From contig CACCKE010000003.1 in the NCBI GenBank assembly GCA_902546615.1, positions 17,837 through 81,836 on the forward strand: a DNA stretch of 64,000 nt. Direction: 5' to 3'. This document shows positions 8,754-18,067 of this stretch, one piece after another. The translations under genes and the position numbers were made by a program. The notes under the pieces are model-generated. The model had not been told where the DNA came from and made no database searches. It saw only the letters and a list, made by a program, of their open reading frames with translations. The first letter of the stretch is position 1, and each line of letters starts with the position of its first letter. This DNA is from an uncultured Pelagibacteraceae bacterium. Its GTDB lineage: Bacteria > Pseudomonadota > Alphaproteobacteria > Pelagibacterales > AG-422-B15.

Positions 8754-10091
8754 TTATATTCCTAAAAACTGTCTGCTGATATTGATTGGAACTCTGAAGA
8801 TATAATAAAAAAGAGATGTTCGATCTCCGTAAATCTTTGCTGATCCTCGTAGTCCAATACGCGGTGGCTCAATATTATCCTCAAGGCTAGCATGTATTTT
8901 ATAAGCTAAAATATTCTCAGCTGTTAATTCAGGTTTGTAAGAAGTTCTTAATATTTTTCCTTCAATTGAGCTTAGTGGACTGCTGTCTAAAAAAACCTTA
9001 ACTCTTGCTGATTTTTCAATAAAAAGTGAGTCTTTTGTTGGTAGGTAGATTAAGAACTCAATATCGTCTGAATTTGCAATCGTTAGTATCTTTTCACCTA
9101 TATTTACAGGACGACCTTGCCAATCAATAAAATCTTCAACAACAGCTACTCCCGAAACCTCCGCTTTGATAACAGAATATTTTAATTGTTCCTCGGCATA
9201 AGCAACTTGCTTTTTCTTCAACGCAACTTCAGTTGATAGTTCAACGAGCTTTGCTTTTGCCTCATCATTTGTAAATGAGGATTGTTTAGCCCTTAATAAT
9301 TCTGCTTCAGCGACTTCTAATTCTTGTAAGTTTATTTCGTATTGAGATTTAAAATTGAGATCGTCTAATTTTACAAGCTCCGTACCAATATCAACAGCAT
9401 CGTTTGTGTTAACTAATACTTTTTTCACTACACCATTCACTGGCGATGTAACAACTGACGGATTTTTGGCAATCACTTCAACTGGTGCAACAGCGGATAT
9501 ATTAATTGGCATAAACATTGCAAATGTGATTGCTGATAATATTAGCCACTTTAGCCAACCTGAGAAGATTCTACCAAAAAAGGATAAAATCGATCCTTGA
9601 GATAAAAATGAGTCCAATGCATGGCTGAATGTTTCAGCGATGTGCTGCAGCAGTTCTTTTTCTGTATTTGAAACTTTAGCAGATCGTACAATGACTAAAG
9701 AACCTAAATCACCCTTTGTTCTTGAAATTAATGGAACAACCATTAGTTCATTTGGAAAATTTTCAGGTAAGTCTAAATTTAAACCATCTTCTCTTAAATC
9801 ACTAATTGAAACTTCTGAAAAGACTCCCGTATCAACCTTCTTTTTATTTATTAATCTTTCAACAAACGTAACTGTCGGCGCTGTTCTATCAACAACTGAA
9901 ATATCAGAGATCGTTTGGACTTTCTGTCGACCTGTAGCAGTCTTTGTGAGAAAAAATAAAAAATTATAATCAACAACACTTCTTAACTCATTTGCACAAA
10001 CAAATCCGAGTTCGGATAAGTTTTCTGCTGTCCGAAATTTTTTCTCAAGAGTAATTAATCTTGCTATTTTTATTGAAGTATTATCATTCAA
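8754..10091 (-). CDS. HlyD-family membrane fusion protein with cytoplasmic N-terminal domain
   Basis: 445 aa. Soluble ~170-aa N-domain (possibly GAF-like, unverified), one TM helix (WLKWLILSAITFAMFMPI), and HlyD features (VTSPVNGVVKKVLVNTNDAVDIGTELVKLD, a long coiled coil, VIKAEVSGVAVVE). Abuts the next gene. Confidence 0.7.
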   Translation of the reverse strand: MNDNTSIKIARLITLEKKFRTAENLSELGFVCANELRSVVDYNFLFFLTKTATGRQKVQTISDISVVDRTAPTVTFVERLINKKKVDTGVFSEVSISDLREDGLNLDLPENFPNELMVVPLISRTKGDLGSLVIVRSAKVSNTEKELLQHIAETFSHALDSFLSQGSILSFFGRIFSGWLKWLILSAITFAMFMPINISAVAPVEVIAKNPSVVTSPVNGVVKKVLVNTNDAVDIGTELVKLDDLNFKSQYEINLQELEVAEAELLRAKQSSFTNDEAKAKLVELSTEVALKKKQVAYAEEQLKYSVIKAEVSGVAVVEDFIDWQGRPVNIGEKILTIANSDDIEFLIYLPTKDSLFIEKSARVKVFLDSSPLSSIEGKILRTSYKPELTAENILAYKIHASLEDNIEPPRIGLRGSAKIYGDRTSLFYYIFRVPINISRQFLGI

Positions 10092-10807
10092 AACGTTGCT
10101 GTCCCACTCATGCCTGGCAGTAATGTATCATAATTTTCATCAAATTTTGCAGTAATGTCGATGGTTTGGCTAACAGGATCAATATCAACGCCGATAGTAT
10201 GAATTTTAGCATTATATGTTTGCCCATTTTCATCAATGCTGATTTTCATTGGATAACCCTCATCGATCCAAGCCAGCCATTTACTTGAAACAATCAATTT
10301 GGCCTCAAGAATGCCAGAACCAATGATTTCGACCAATGGCTGCTGCCTTTCAATACTCTCAAACTCATTGACAAAAACTTTAGATACTTTGCCATCGTAA
10401 GGGGCTTTAATTATACATCGATCTGTATTGAGTTTGGCAATTTGTAATTCAGCTTCTGCACGCTTTACATCGATTTCTGATAACTGAACCTCATATTCAC
10501 CAATGGATCTCATCAAGGCAAGGTCTTGATTGCTCTTTAGAGTTACTCTTGCGCTCTCTAATTGTGCTTCAACAACTTTTCTTTGTTCTTCATAAAATGA
10601 ACAATCAAATTTAATTAAAATATCAAACTCTTTAAATTTAGATCCTTCATCAATTGGTATTGATTCAACTTTTGCAGCAAGTTCACTTGAGAGTGTTGCC
10701 TCTTCGGTTGCAGTTACTAAAACACGTGTGGAATATTCTTCTGCCAACAAATTATAAGGCAATAATATGCAGCACGCTGTTACCGCAAATGTTACAATTT
10801 TGTTCAT
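10088..10807 (-). CDS. periplasmic adaptor (HlyD/RND-MFP-like), signal-peptide form
   Basis: 239 aa with a signal peptide. Lipoyl-hairpin halves (AAKVESIPIDEGSKFKEFDILIKFD ... IIKAPYDGKVSKVFVNEFESIERQQPLVEI) flank a coiled coil. ATGA overlap with the downstream gene. Confidence 0.65.
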   Translation of the reverse strand: MNKIVTFAVTACCILLPYNLLAEEYSTRVLVTATEEATLSSELAAKVESIPIDEGSKFKEFDILIKFDCSFYEEQRKVVEAQLESARVTLKSNQDLALMRSIGEYEVQLSEIDVKRAEAELQIAKLNTDRCIIKAPYDGKVSKVFVNEFESIERQQPLVEIIGSGILEAKLIVSSKWLAWIDEGYPMKISIDENGQTYNAKIHTIGVDIDPVSQTIDITAKFDENYDTLLPGMSGTATF

Positions 10808-10818
10808 AAAGGTATTTA

Positions 10819-13800
10819 TTAACTTACTAGAGATACAATCTTTTCGCCATAGCTATCTGCTGCTTTAGCATGAAGCTTTAATTGTTCATCAAGTGGAATG
10901 AAAGAGATTTCATCGTTTGTTACAGAATTTTCACCATCTGACTCAGTTTCAGTTATTTCATTAAGATCAATCTCAACTTCAATAATTCTTTCTTTTCCAT
11001 CTTCGTCTTCAGCAATAATTTTCAGTTCAAGAACTTGAAGGCTTTCAGTTAAAAATGCTGGAGCTGCTGAGCCCGTTCTTCCTTTTGAAGGGTCCGCTGC
11101 AATTTTTCCAGTTTCTGGATCAATTGTAATCCAATCAGGTAATGCTCCACCACCTTTGAGCTCTGCTTTGTACATTTTTACATTTGATTGATTGTCATCA
11201 ATCACATCGACTGTAAATTGACCTGCATCCATTTGAAGGCTGCTTAATTTCATTGTGCCTTCAAAATCTGTTTGAGCGTTTAAATTATTATTTGCCGCAT
11301 TACTTGATGCATTGTTGTTCTCTCTAATCAAGTTTACATTCGAGTCATTATCAACAACTACTCTTGCCTGATCAACGGCTCCTCTTGTGAAGTCTTGGTC
11401 GCCTTTAATTTTAGCTTTATCTAAAACAATATTAATATCTCTGGTATTTCCGTCCTTATCAAGAGCAACTAATTGAACCTCAACCGCTTCAACACCTTCT
11501 GGCATATCAGCTGTTGTTTCTCCAGTTTCAGGATTGACTCTAATCCATTCAGGTAAAGCTTCACCGTTAGAGAGCTGTCCTGAATACAGCTCCACATTTT
11601 TCTGATTATCATCATTTAGTTTAACTCCAACTTTTAGATCAGATTCTGAATCGTCTGAAACTTCGTTCGCAACAGCATCCATTAACCTTAAACCGCCATT
11701 AAATTTTAACGGTTTTGAGAGAGAAGCGGTATCAGCAATTGAAACTGTATCAAGGGCAAAGCCATCATCACTGATTGCTGGCGCCTCAGTAATGGTCTCT
11801 TGAATAGCTGCTAAATAATCTTTCTTAGGTTTAATAACATTTGGTTTAGATGGAGGAGTTGGTTCTTCATCAGGTGTCTCTTTTTCAACGATTTCTCCTG
11901 GTTTGGGATTTACTGTAATTGTAAACGTATGATCAGCGTAAAGTCCCTCACCATCAATTGCTCTAATTGTAATTGTATAAGTTCCCGGTGTGTTAATGGT
12001 TCCATGCAGCTTATTTTGTTTTAATCTAAGACCCTCTGGAAGACTTGTCTCTGCACCACTTTCAGGATCAATAATTTTATATTCTGCAATATCATAAATA
12101 CCAGTATCCGGATCATCAAAAATCTGTTTGTGCTTAATAATGATCTGTTCCCCAACAACTAAATTTGGATCAACAACAGGGTATAATAGTTCAGGTGGAT
12201 CATTGATACCAGTCACAGTAATGGCTATCTGAGCTTCTACAGGCGTTTCTCCATCTGTTGCGGTATATGTGAAGTACTCCGTCTTACTTACACCAGGGTT
12301 TAAAGATTTTGCATTATTAGCCTTGTATTCATAGCTGCCATCAGAATTTATAGTTAAGTCACCATATGTTCCTGTTAGGGGTGATCCAATTGTCCCAGAT
12401 GTCCCCGTTCCAGCTTCTTCACCTGTTCGTATTGTATTTACAGTTAAACTGTCACCATCAGGGTCTGTATCATTCTTTAATACTCCTTTTGATGCATCTT
12501 TTACTCCAGTCGCACCTGCATCGATTTCTAAAATATCATCTTTTGGTACTGGCGGATCACTTTTACCAGTAACAGTTATTGCAATCACACCAATGTCTTC
12601 ATTTGTTCCATCTGTTACAGTATAGTTGAAATATTCTATTTTGCTCTCTCCTCTTTTAAGCGCATCTGCTGCAGCCTGATCAGCAACATAACTATAGCTT
12701 CCATCAGCATTAAGAGTAAGAGTACCGTAAGTTCCTAAAAGTCCTGAACCAAGTGTACCTGGGTCACCACCGCCTTCTGATTGCCCAAGTCTAATTCCAG
12801 AAATTGTTAATGACTCACCGTCTGCATCAGTATCGTCTGCGTTAAGCGCAAATGTTGTATTAGCCGCTCTCGTAATTGTCTCACCTTTAGGAACAGTATC
12901 AGTATCGTCAACGGCTACAGGATCATTATCGTTTATTCCTGTTACTGTGAATGTAAGATTTGCTGTTGACGTGGCAGTTCCATCACTCACCGTATACGTA
13001 AATGTATCTGTCCCAGTTTGACCTGTAATGAGTTGATCTGATTTTGTTTGATCAGCAACATAAGTGTACGATCCATTCGCATTCACTGTCAGAGTTCCAT
13101 ACTCACCTGTTAATGAAGCACCTACTGTACCGGTCTCACCTGTGCCATCCTTTGATCCCGTTCTGATACCAGTTATTGTAAAGTTTCCGCTCGTATCATC
13201 CCCATCAACATCCGTATCGTCATGATCTAATTCTTGAGTGTCACTTACTGTTCGACTAACGGTTGCATCCTCATTAACACTATCCGTGTCATCAACGGCA
13301 ACGATTGGGTCGTTTGCCCCATTTATGGTTACTGTAAGTGTTGCAGTGGATGAGTTTTTATCATCATCATCCTTTACAGTATATGTGAATACTTCAGTAA
13401 CAGAGTCACCTGCATCTAAGGCTTCAGCTGCAGCTGTATTTGCTATGTATGTATAACTTCCATCAGCTGCTAATGTTAATGTTCCGTAAGTACCTAAAAC
13501 CCCTGCATCTGCTGCACCGCTATTGCCTGTGCCGTTTGAGGAAACATTGGTAACCGCAAGACTTTCCGTATCTCCACCCGTATCGTTTGTTAATACTCCA
13601 CCTGCTGTATTAACTGTCAATGTCTGACTTTCAGTAGCAGTAGCTGTATCTGCTGAACCGACAGGACCTACACCTGTTACAGTGATAACCAAATTTGCTG
13701 TATCGGTTGTTCCAGCGCCATCACTTACGGTATAAGTGAATGTATCGGTTGCAGTTGCACCATGAGCTAACCCGTCAGCACCACTGGTATTGGCAGTATA

Positions 13801-16800
13801 TACATAGCTACCATCAGAAGCGAGCGTAAGGGTACCGTATGTTCCTGTTAACTCTTGACCGACTGTCCCTCCATTGACTCCTGAAACAGTTAAACTTGAA
13901 CTTGCATCAGCATCAGTATCATTAGATAAAACACCACTGCCAGCACTTATTGATACTTGCGCATCCTCATTAACAGCGCCTGTATCATTCACTCCAACAG
14001 GGTCGTCATCAATACCTTTTACGGTGAAGGTTATAGTTGCGGTGTCTGTTCCAGTTCCATCAGTTACTGTGTATGTGAACGTATCTGTTGCAATATCTCC
14101 TGCATCAAGAGCATTAGCATTGTTAACATTATAAACGTAGCTACCATTACTTTGTATTGTTAATTGACCATACGTTCCAGAGACTGCATTTCCGAGAGTG
14201 CCTCCTGCTATCGCAGAAACTGTTAGAGGGTCATTATCTGGATCAGTATCATTAAGGAGAACATCTCCTGAATGATCTCCACTTTCGTTATTATTATTAC
14301 TATCTGTTCCTGTTACTGCAGATGTGCCGTCAGTAACTTGAAGCTGAGAGTCCTCAAGGATATATCCTGTGTCATTATTTCCTGTGGGAGGAACCACAGT
14401 AGTTCCAGTTACTGTTATTGCTAGTTGTCCTGTATCAGTATCACCAGCTTGATCTGTTACAGTATATGTAAAGTAATCAACGACAGTTGCGTCATTAGCC
14501 AGACTAAGCGCATCAGGTCGATTGGCAGCGTAACTATACGATCCGTCTGCGTTGATCGTGACTGTTCCGTATGTTGTTGTAAATTCTTGGCCAAGAGTTT
14601 TTGTATCGCCACTACCTGTCTTTTGTCCAGTTCGTATCGCTGTAATAGTAAGACTACCTGGAACATCATCAGCGTCTGCATCTGTATCATCTTGATCAAG
14701 CTCTTGTGCATCGCTTGTACCTCTTGAGATTGATGCACCAGCATTTACCGCATCAGTATCATTAACGGCAGTAATATCATCGTTAATTCCAGTCACCGTA
14801 ATAGTTAACGTTGCAGTACTTGCATTTTTATCGGCATCATCTTTAAGAGTGTATGTAAATACATCAGTAACTTGATCACCTGGATCAAGGGCATCAGCAG
14901 CTGATTGGTTGGCAACATATTCATAGCTACCATCAGCCGCCATGGTTAATTCACCGTAAGTTCCAGTAACAGCTTGTGCAGCATTACCACTATTCCCAGT
15001 AACGCCGTGAGTGATGCCAGTTATAGCTAAACTTTCAACATCGTAGCTTGCATTGTCATCATCATTACTGATTACACCAGATGCTTCATTTACTGTTAAA
15101 GTAGCATCTTCATTGACTGAGCCAGTATCGGCAACAGCTTGAGGGCCTACACCTGTTACAGTGATGACTAAATCTGCTGTATCAGTTGTTCCAGCGCCAT
15201 CACTTACGGTATAAGTGAATGTATCGGTTGCCGTTGCATCAGCAGCGAGACCATCCTCACTTCTACCGTTTGCAACATAAGTATAGCTACCATCTGAATT
15301 CAATGTCAGAACACCATAGGTTCCGTTATGCGCTTGGCCAACTGTACCACCACCACCAATTGCAGATACAGTCAGACTTGAACTAGCATCAGCATCAGTA
15401 TCATTTGATAATACTCCGCTTCCCGCACTAACAGTTAGGGTTTTATCCTCGTTGATTGTACCTGCATCATTATTGCCAACTGGATTATCATCGACTCCGT
15501 TAACAGTGATTGTTAAGGTTGCTGTGCTTGAATTGACATCATCATCATCTTTAACTGTGTAAGTGAAGACATCAGTTTCAGAGTCACCGGCATCTAAGGC
15601 TTCAGCTGCAGCTGTGTTCGCCGTATAAGTATAAGTACCATCAGCTGCAACGGTCAGAGTACCATATGTACCTAAAACACCTTGAGTGGCGTTCCCACTA
15701 TTCCCTGTAGAGTCTGAGCTAATATTTGTAACAGCTAAACTCTCACTATCATAAGCAGCATTATCATCATCATTTGCCAGAACACCAGTTGAAGATGCAT
15801 TATTTGCATTTAGTGATGCATTTTCATTTACTGAAGCCGTATCGTTTACTCCTAAAGGGCCAACTCCTGTAACAGTTATTGCGAGTTCAGCGGTATCTGT
15901 ATCGTTTGGACTGCTTGTGTGATCTCTTACTGTATAGGTAAAGTAATCAATTGCTGTTGCGCCTGCCACTAATGCGTCTGCTCCACTTCTGGTTGCGGCA
16001 TAGCTATAGCTACCATCTGCAGCTACAGTTAATACACCATAAGTACCATTTAGAGCTTGACCTATTGTGCCCGTTGTTGTTCCACTAGTTGCAGACTCTC
16101 TTCCTGTTCTGATTGCAGTGATTGTAAAGCTTCCAGATACATCATCGGCATCAACATCTGTATCATCGTGATCTAATTCCTGAGAGTCTGAAGTACTTCT
16201 ATTGATTGTTGCATCTTCATTCACAGCGTCTGCATCATTTGAAGCTATAATAGGATCGTTCACTCCTGTGATTGTTATTTCCAGCGTTGCGGTATCTGTA
16301 TCGGTTTGGTCAGTTACTGTGTATGTAAATGTATCTGTTACTGTATCACCAGGATCTAGTGCGTCAGCTGCATCTTTATTTGCATTGTATGTATAGCTAC
16401 CATCTGCACTCATAGTTAACTGTCCATAGGTGCCATCTAGAGCTGATCCAAGAGATCCACCAGATATTGCACTTACTTCAAGCGAGTCTCCGTCAGCATC
16501 TGTATCGTTTGCTAAAACTCCGCTGCCAGCAGTTACTGAAACGCTAGCATCCTCATTAACGGCTCCGGTGTCGTTGTTACCAACTGGAGCTTCGTTTGCG
16601 ACTGGAGCCCTGGTAATGATACGAATAAAGTCACCTTTCTCACCATTTTTAGTACCAATTCTAATCGTCTTGTTGCCATTTGATATTGCAAACCAGTCTT
16701 TATTCCCTTCTTCACCCGGAGGATTTTCATTCTTGTATTCCAACTCCCTCTTACCAATTTTATCTGAACTCAATGTTGGATAAATTCCGCCATCCATTGA

Positions 16801-17859
16801 AACCCCAGTCATTTCAATCAAATTTTCAGGTTCCGCAAATACGCCAAGTATTTCATATTCAAAAGTTACTTCACCTACTCGACTACCAGTTCGTCTAGAG
16901 TTACTATTAGTGTCATCATTAGAGAAAAGTAAATATACATGAACAGGCTCACTCGTACTTGGTGTATGTGAGCTCTTTGCTCCAGAAACATCGAAGTTTA
17001 GGGCCCCTGTCCCGCTACTTACACCTGCTCTTTCTTGGACTATTATAAATCGATCTGAAGAAGAATCCTGTACTCCATTGTTATTAGAACTATCAGTAGT
17101 AACTTGTGCCCTAAAGTTGGTTGCAGAAGAAGAAAGGTTTACAACACTTGAGTTGATGGAAGTTATATCGTTAGCAAGCGAATAATCGTAATTTGCAACA
17201 TCAATATTTTTTGTCTCGATGATGCCTGTATGTTTCTCCAAAACCCAGTCACCACCCTTACCAGTGACATCGTCTGACGCTGCTACATCAGCGTCAGTAA
17301 TTTCAGCAATTTGCTTGATTAAAATCTCACCGCTTTCATCTGCTGCAATATTACAACCATAGAATAAGATATCACCATCAGCACTGAGGCTTGCGCCAAT
17401 GTCTTTTAAAGTGTGCGCGTACTCGTTTAATGTTTCACTGTTTAGAGTCGCAACACCAAATGCAATCTGACCAATGCTACCGTGACCAATAACATGAATG
17501 CCATCAATGTTTTTTTCATCAGCAAGAATATTTTGCATTTCTTTAAAACCATCCACATCACTTTGAATGATGTAAACTTCTGTGTTGTCATCAAAACTTT
17601 CAACTAAGACTTCGATATCATCAACTGCACTGTCAATGAAGACGAATTGTTTTGTTCGTATGTTTTGATTAGTACTTTCACGATTTACAAATGGAAGTTT
17701 TGTATCTTGGTCGGTTTTAAAATTATTTTCTTTTAGTTTTTTATCTAAATCAGTTTTATTCGTATTTGCTAAATCATCAATGGTATCAATTGCAGTTGCA
17801 ACTGCAGCTCCATCGAGCATCATGCGTGGTTCTAGTGCCTGAATTAGTTTTTTGGTCAT
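10819..17859 (-). CDS. giant repeat protein: N-terminal DUF4347-like domain, 12 VCBS/cadherin-like modules, C-terminal putative-Ig/dystroglycan-type modules
   Basis: 2346-aa uninterrupted ORF. N-terminus reads ALEPRMMLDGAAVATA, followed by the DUF4347 pattern (FVFIDSAV..IHVIGHGS..ILFYGCN..TDADVAASDDVTGKGGDWVLE). Twelve ~110-130-aa modules end in FTYTV.D....T..L.ITVTG(V/I)ND.P. Confidence 0.9.
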   Translation of the reverse strand: MTKKLIQALEPRMMLDGAAVATAIDTIDDLANTNKTDLDKKLKENNFKTDQDTKLPFVNRESTNQNIRTKQFVFIDSAVDDIEVLVESFDDNTEVYIIQSDVDGFKEMQNILADEKNIDGIHVIGHGSIGQIAFGVATLNSETLNEYAHTLKDIGASLSADGDILFYGCNIAADESGEILIKQIAEITDADVAASDDVTGKGGDWVLEKHTGIIETKNIDVANYDYSLANDITSINSSVVNLSSSATNFRAQVTTDSSNNNGVQDSSSDRFIIVQERAGVSSGTGALNFDVSGAKSSHTPSTSEPVHVYLLFSNDDTNSNSRRTGSRVGEVTFEYEILGVFAEPENLIEMTGVSMDGGIYPTLSSDKIGKRELEYKNENPPGEEGNKDWFAISNGNKTIRIGTKNGEKGDFIRIITRAPVANEAPVGNNDTGAVNEDASVSVTAGSGVLANDTDADGDSLEVSAISGGSLGSALDGTYGQLTMSADGSYTYNANKDAADALDPGDTVTDTFTYTVTDQTDTDTATLEITITGVNDPIIASNDADAVNEDATINRSTSDSQELDHDDTDVDADDVSGSFTITAIRTGRESATSGTTTGTIGQALNGTYGVLTVAADGSYSYAATRSGADALVAGATAIDYFTYTVRDHTSSPNDTDTAELAITVTGVGPLGVNDTASVNENASLNANNASSTGVLANDDDNAAYDSESLAVTNISSDSTGNSGNATQGVLGTYGTLTVAADGTYTYTANTAAAEALDAGDSETDVFTYTVKDDDDVNSSTATLTITVNGVDDNPVGNNDAGTINEDKTLTVSAGSGVLSNDTDADASSSLTVSAIGGGGTVGQAHNGTYGVLTLNSDGSYTYVANGRSEDGLAADATATDTFTYTVSDGAGTTDTADLVITVTGVGPQAVADTGSVNEDATLTVNEASGVISNDDDNASYDVESLAITGITHGVTGNSGNAAQAVTGTYGELTMAADGSYEYVANQSAADALDPGDQVTDVFTYTLKDDADKNASTATLTITVTGINDDITAVNDTDAVNAGASISRGTSDAQELDQDDTDADADDVPGSLTITAIRTGQKTGSGDTKTLGQEFTTTYGTVTINADGSYSYAANRPDALSLANDATVVDYFTYTVTDQAGDTDTGQLAITVTGTTVVPPTGNNDTGYILEDSQLQVTDGTSAVTGTDSNNNNESGDHSGDVLLNDTDPDNDPLTVSAIAGGTLGNAVSGTYGQLTIQSNGSYVYNVNNANALDAGDIATDTFTYTVTDGTGTDTATITFTVKGIDDDPVGVNDTGAVNEDAQVSISAGSGVLSNDTDADASSSLTVSGVNGGTVGQELTGTYGTLTLASDGSYVYTANTSGADGLAHGATATDTFTYTVSDGAGTTDTANLVITVTGVGPVGSADTATATESQTLTVNTAGGVLTNDTGGDTESLAVTNVSSNGTGNSGAADAGVLGTYGTLTLAADGSYTYIANTAAAEALDAGDSVTEVFTYTVKDDDDKNSSTATLTVTINGANDPIVAVDDTDSVNEDATVSRTVSDTQELDHDDTDVDGDDTSGNFTITGIRTGSKDGTGETGTVGASLTGEYGTLTVNANGSYTYVADQTKSDQLITGQTGTDTFTYTVSDGTATSTANLTFTVTGINDNDPVAVDDTDTVPKGETITRAANTTFALNADDTDADGESLTISGIRLGQSEGGGDPGTLGSGLLGTYGTLTLNADGSYSYVADQAAADALKRGESKIEYFNYTVTDGTNEDIGVIAITVTGKSDPPVPKDDILEIDAGATGVKDASKGVLKNDTDPDGDSLTVNTIRTGEEAGTGTSGTIGSPLTGTYGDLTINSDGSYEYKANNAKSLNPGVSKTEYFTYTATDGETPVEAQIAITVTGINDPPELLYPVVDPNLVVGEQIIIKHKQIFDDPDTGIYDIAEYKIIDPESGAETSLPEGLRLKQNKLHGTINTPGTYTITIRAIDGEGLYADHTFTITVNPKPGEIVEKETPDEEPTPPSKPNVIKPKKDYLAAIQETITEAPAISDDGFALDTVSIADTASLSKPLKFNGGLRLMDAVANEVSDDSESDLKVGVKLNDDNQKNVELYSGQLSNGEALPEWIRVNPETGETTADMPEGVEAVEVQLVALDKDGNTRDINIVLDKAKIKGDQDFTRGAVDQARVVVDNDSNVNLIRENNNASSNAANNNLNAQTDFEGTMKLSSLQMDAGQFTVDVIDDNQSNVKMYKAELKGGGALPDWITIDPETGKIAADPSKGRTGSAAPAFLTESLQVLELKIIAEDEDGKERIIEVEIDLNEITETESDGENSVTNDEISFIPLDEQLKLHAKAADSYGEKIVSLVS
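12250..16600 (-). repeat. in-frame tandem coding repeats (12 modules in three sequence types, partly as ~493-codon super-repeats)
   Basis: A 47-bp identical run at 13706..13752 and 15185..15231 has offset 1479 bp = 493 codons. A 25-bp identical run starts at 13413 and 15591. The module order read from the protein is A-C-B-A-B-C-A-A-B-C-C-x. Confidence 0.85.
17230..17652 (-). other. DUF4347-like domain of the giant protein
   Basis: Covers aa ~70-210. Conserved His126 (codon 17482..17484) in IGHGS and Cys169 (codon 17353..17355) in FYGCN. Confidence 0.6.
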
Positions 17860-18019
17860 GTTAATTTATATAAATAAAATTTAGTAATTTATTGATAAAT
17901 ATACCTTTTCTATATACAGCAGAAATGTTACCAGATGTAGCAGGATCGAAAAAAAAACCCAAAATGGGCGGTTATGTGTATACTGAAATTATTAAAGTTT
18001 GGTATTACTTGCGCCTGAT

Positions 18020-18038
18020 ACTGTAAGTCGATTACAGT
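18020..18038. promoter_or_regulatory. inverted repeat in divergent control region
   Basis: ACTGTAA-gtcga-TTACAGT, 30 bp upstream of the TolC-like ATG. Confidence 0.2.
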
Positions 18039-18067
18039 GTATCTGATATTTTTAAAAAACATTTTTA

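Noticed and set aside
12250-16600. Periodic repeats that could be mistaken for a CRISPR array or satellite
   Set aside because: The repeat units are 330-390 bp protein modules in one continuous 7-kb ORF. There are no short direct repeats with unique spacers and no cas genes.
12366-16898. Plus-strand and alternative-frame ORFs inside the giant gene (12366..12572, 13238..13456, 13874..14134, 13957..14163, 14425..14727, 14457..14744, 16202..16396, 16430..16783, 16533..16757, 16680..16898)
   Set aside because: They are shadow ORFs created by the repetitive, stop-poor Thr/Asp/Gly/Val coding repeats on the minus strand. Their products are low-complexity Ser/Val/Thr strings or Cys/Ile strings with no start context.
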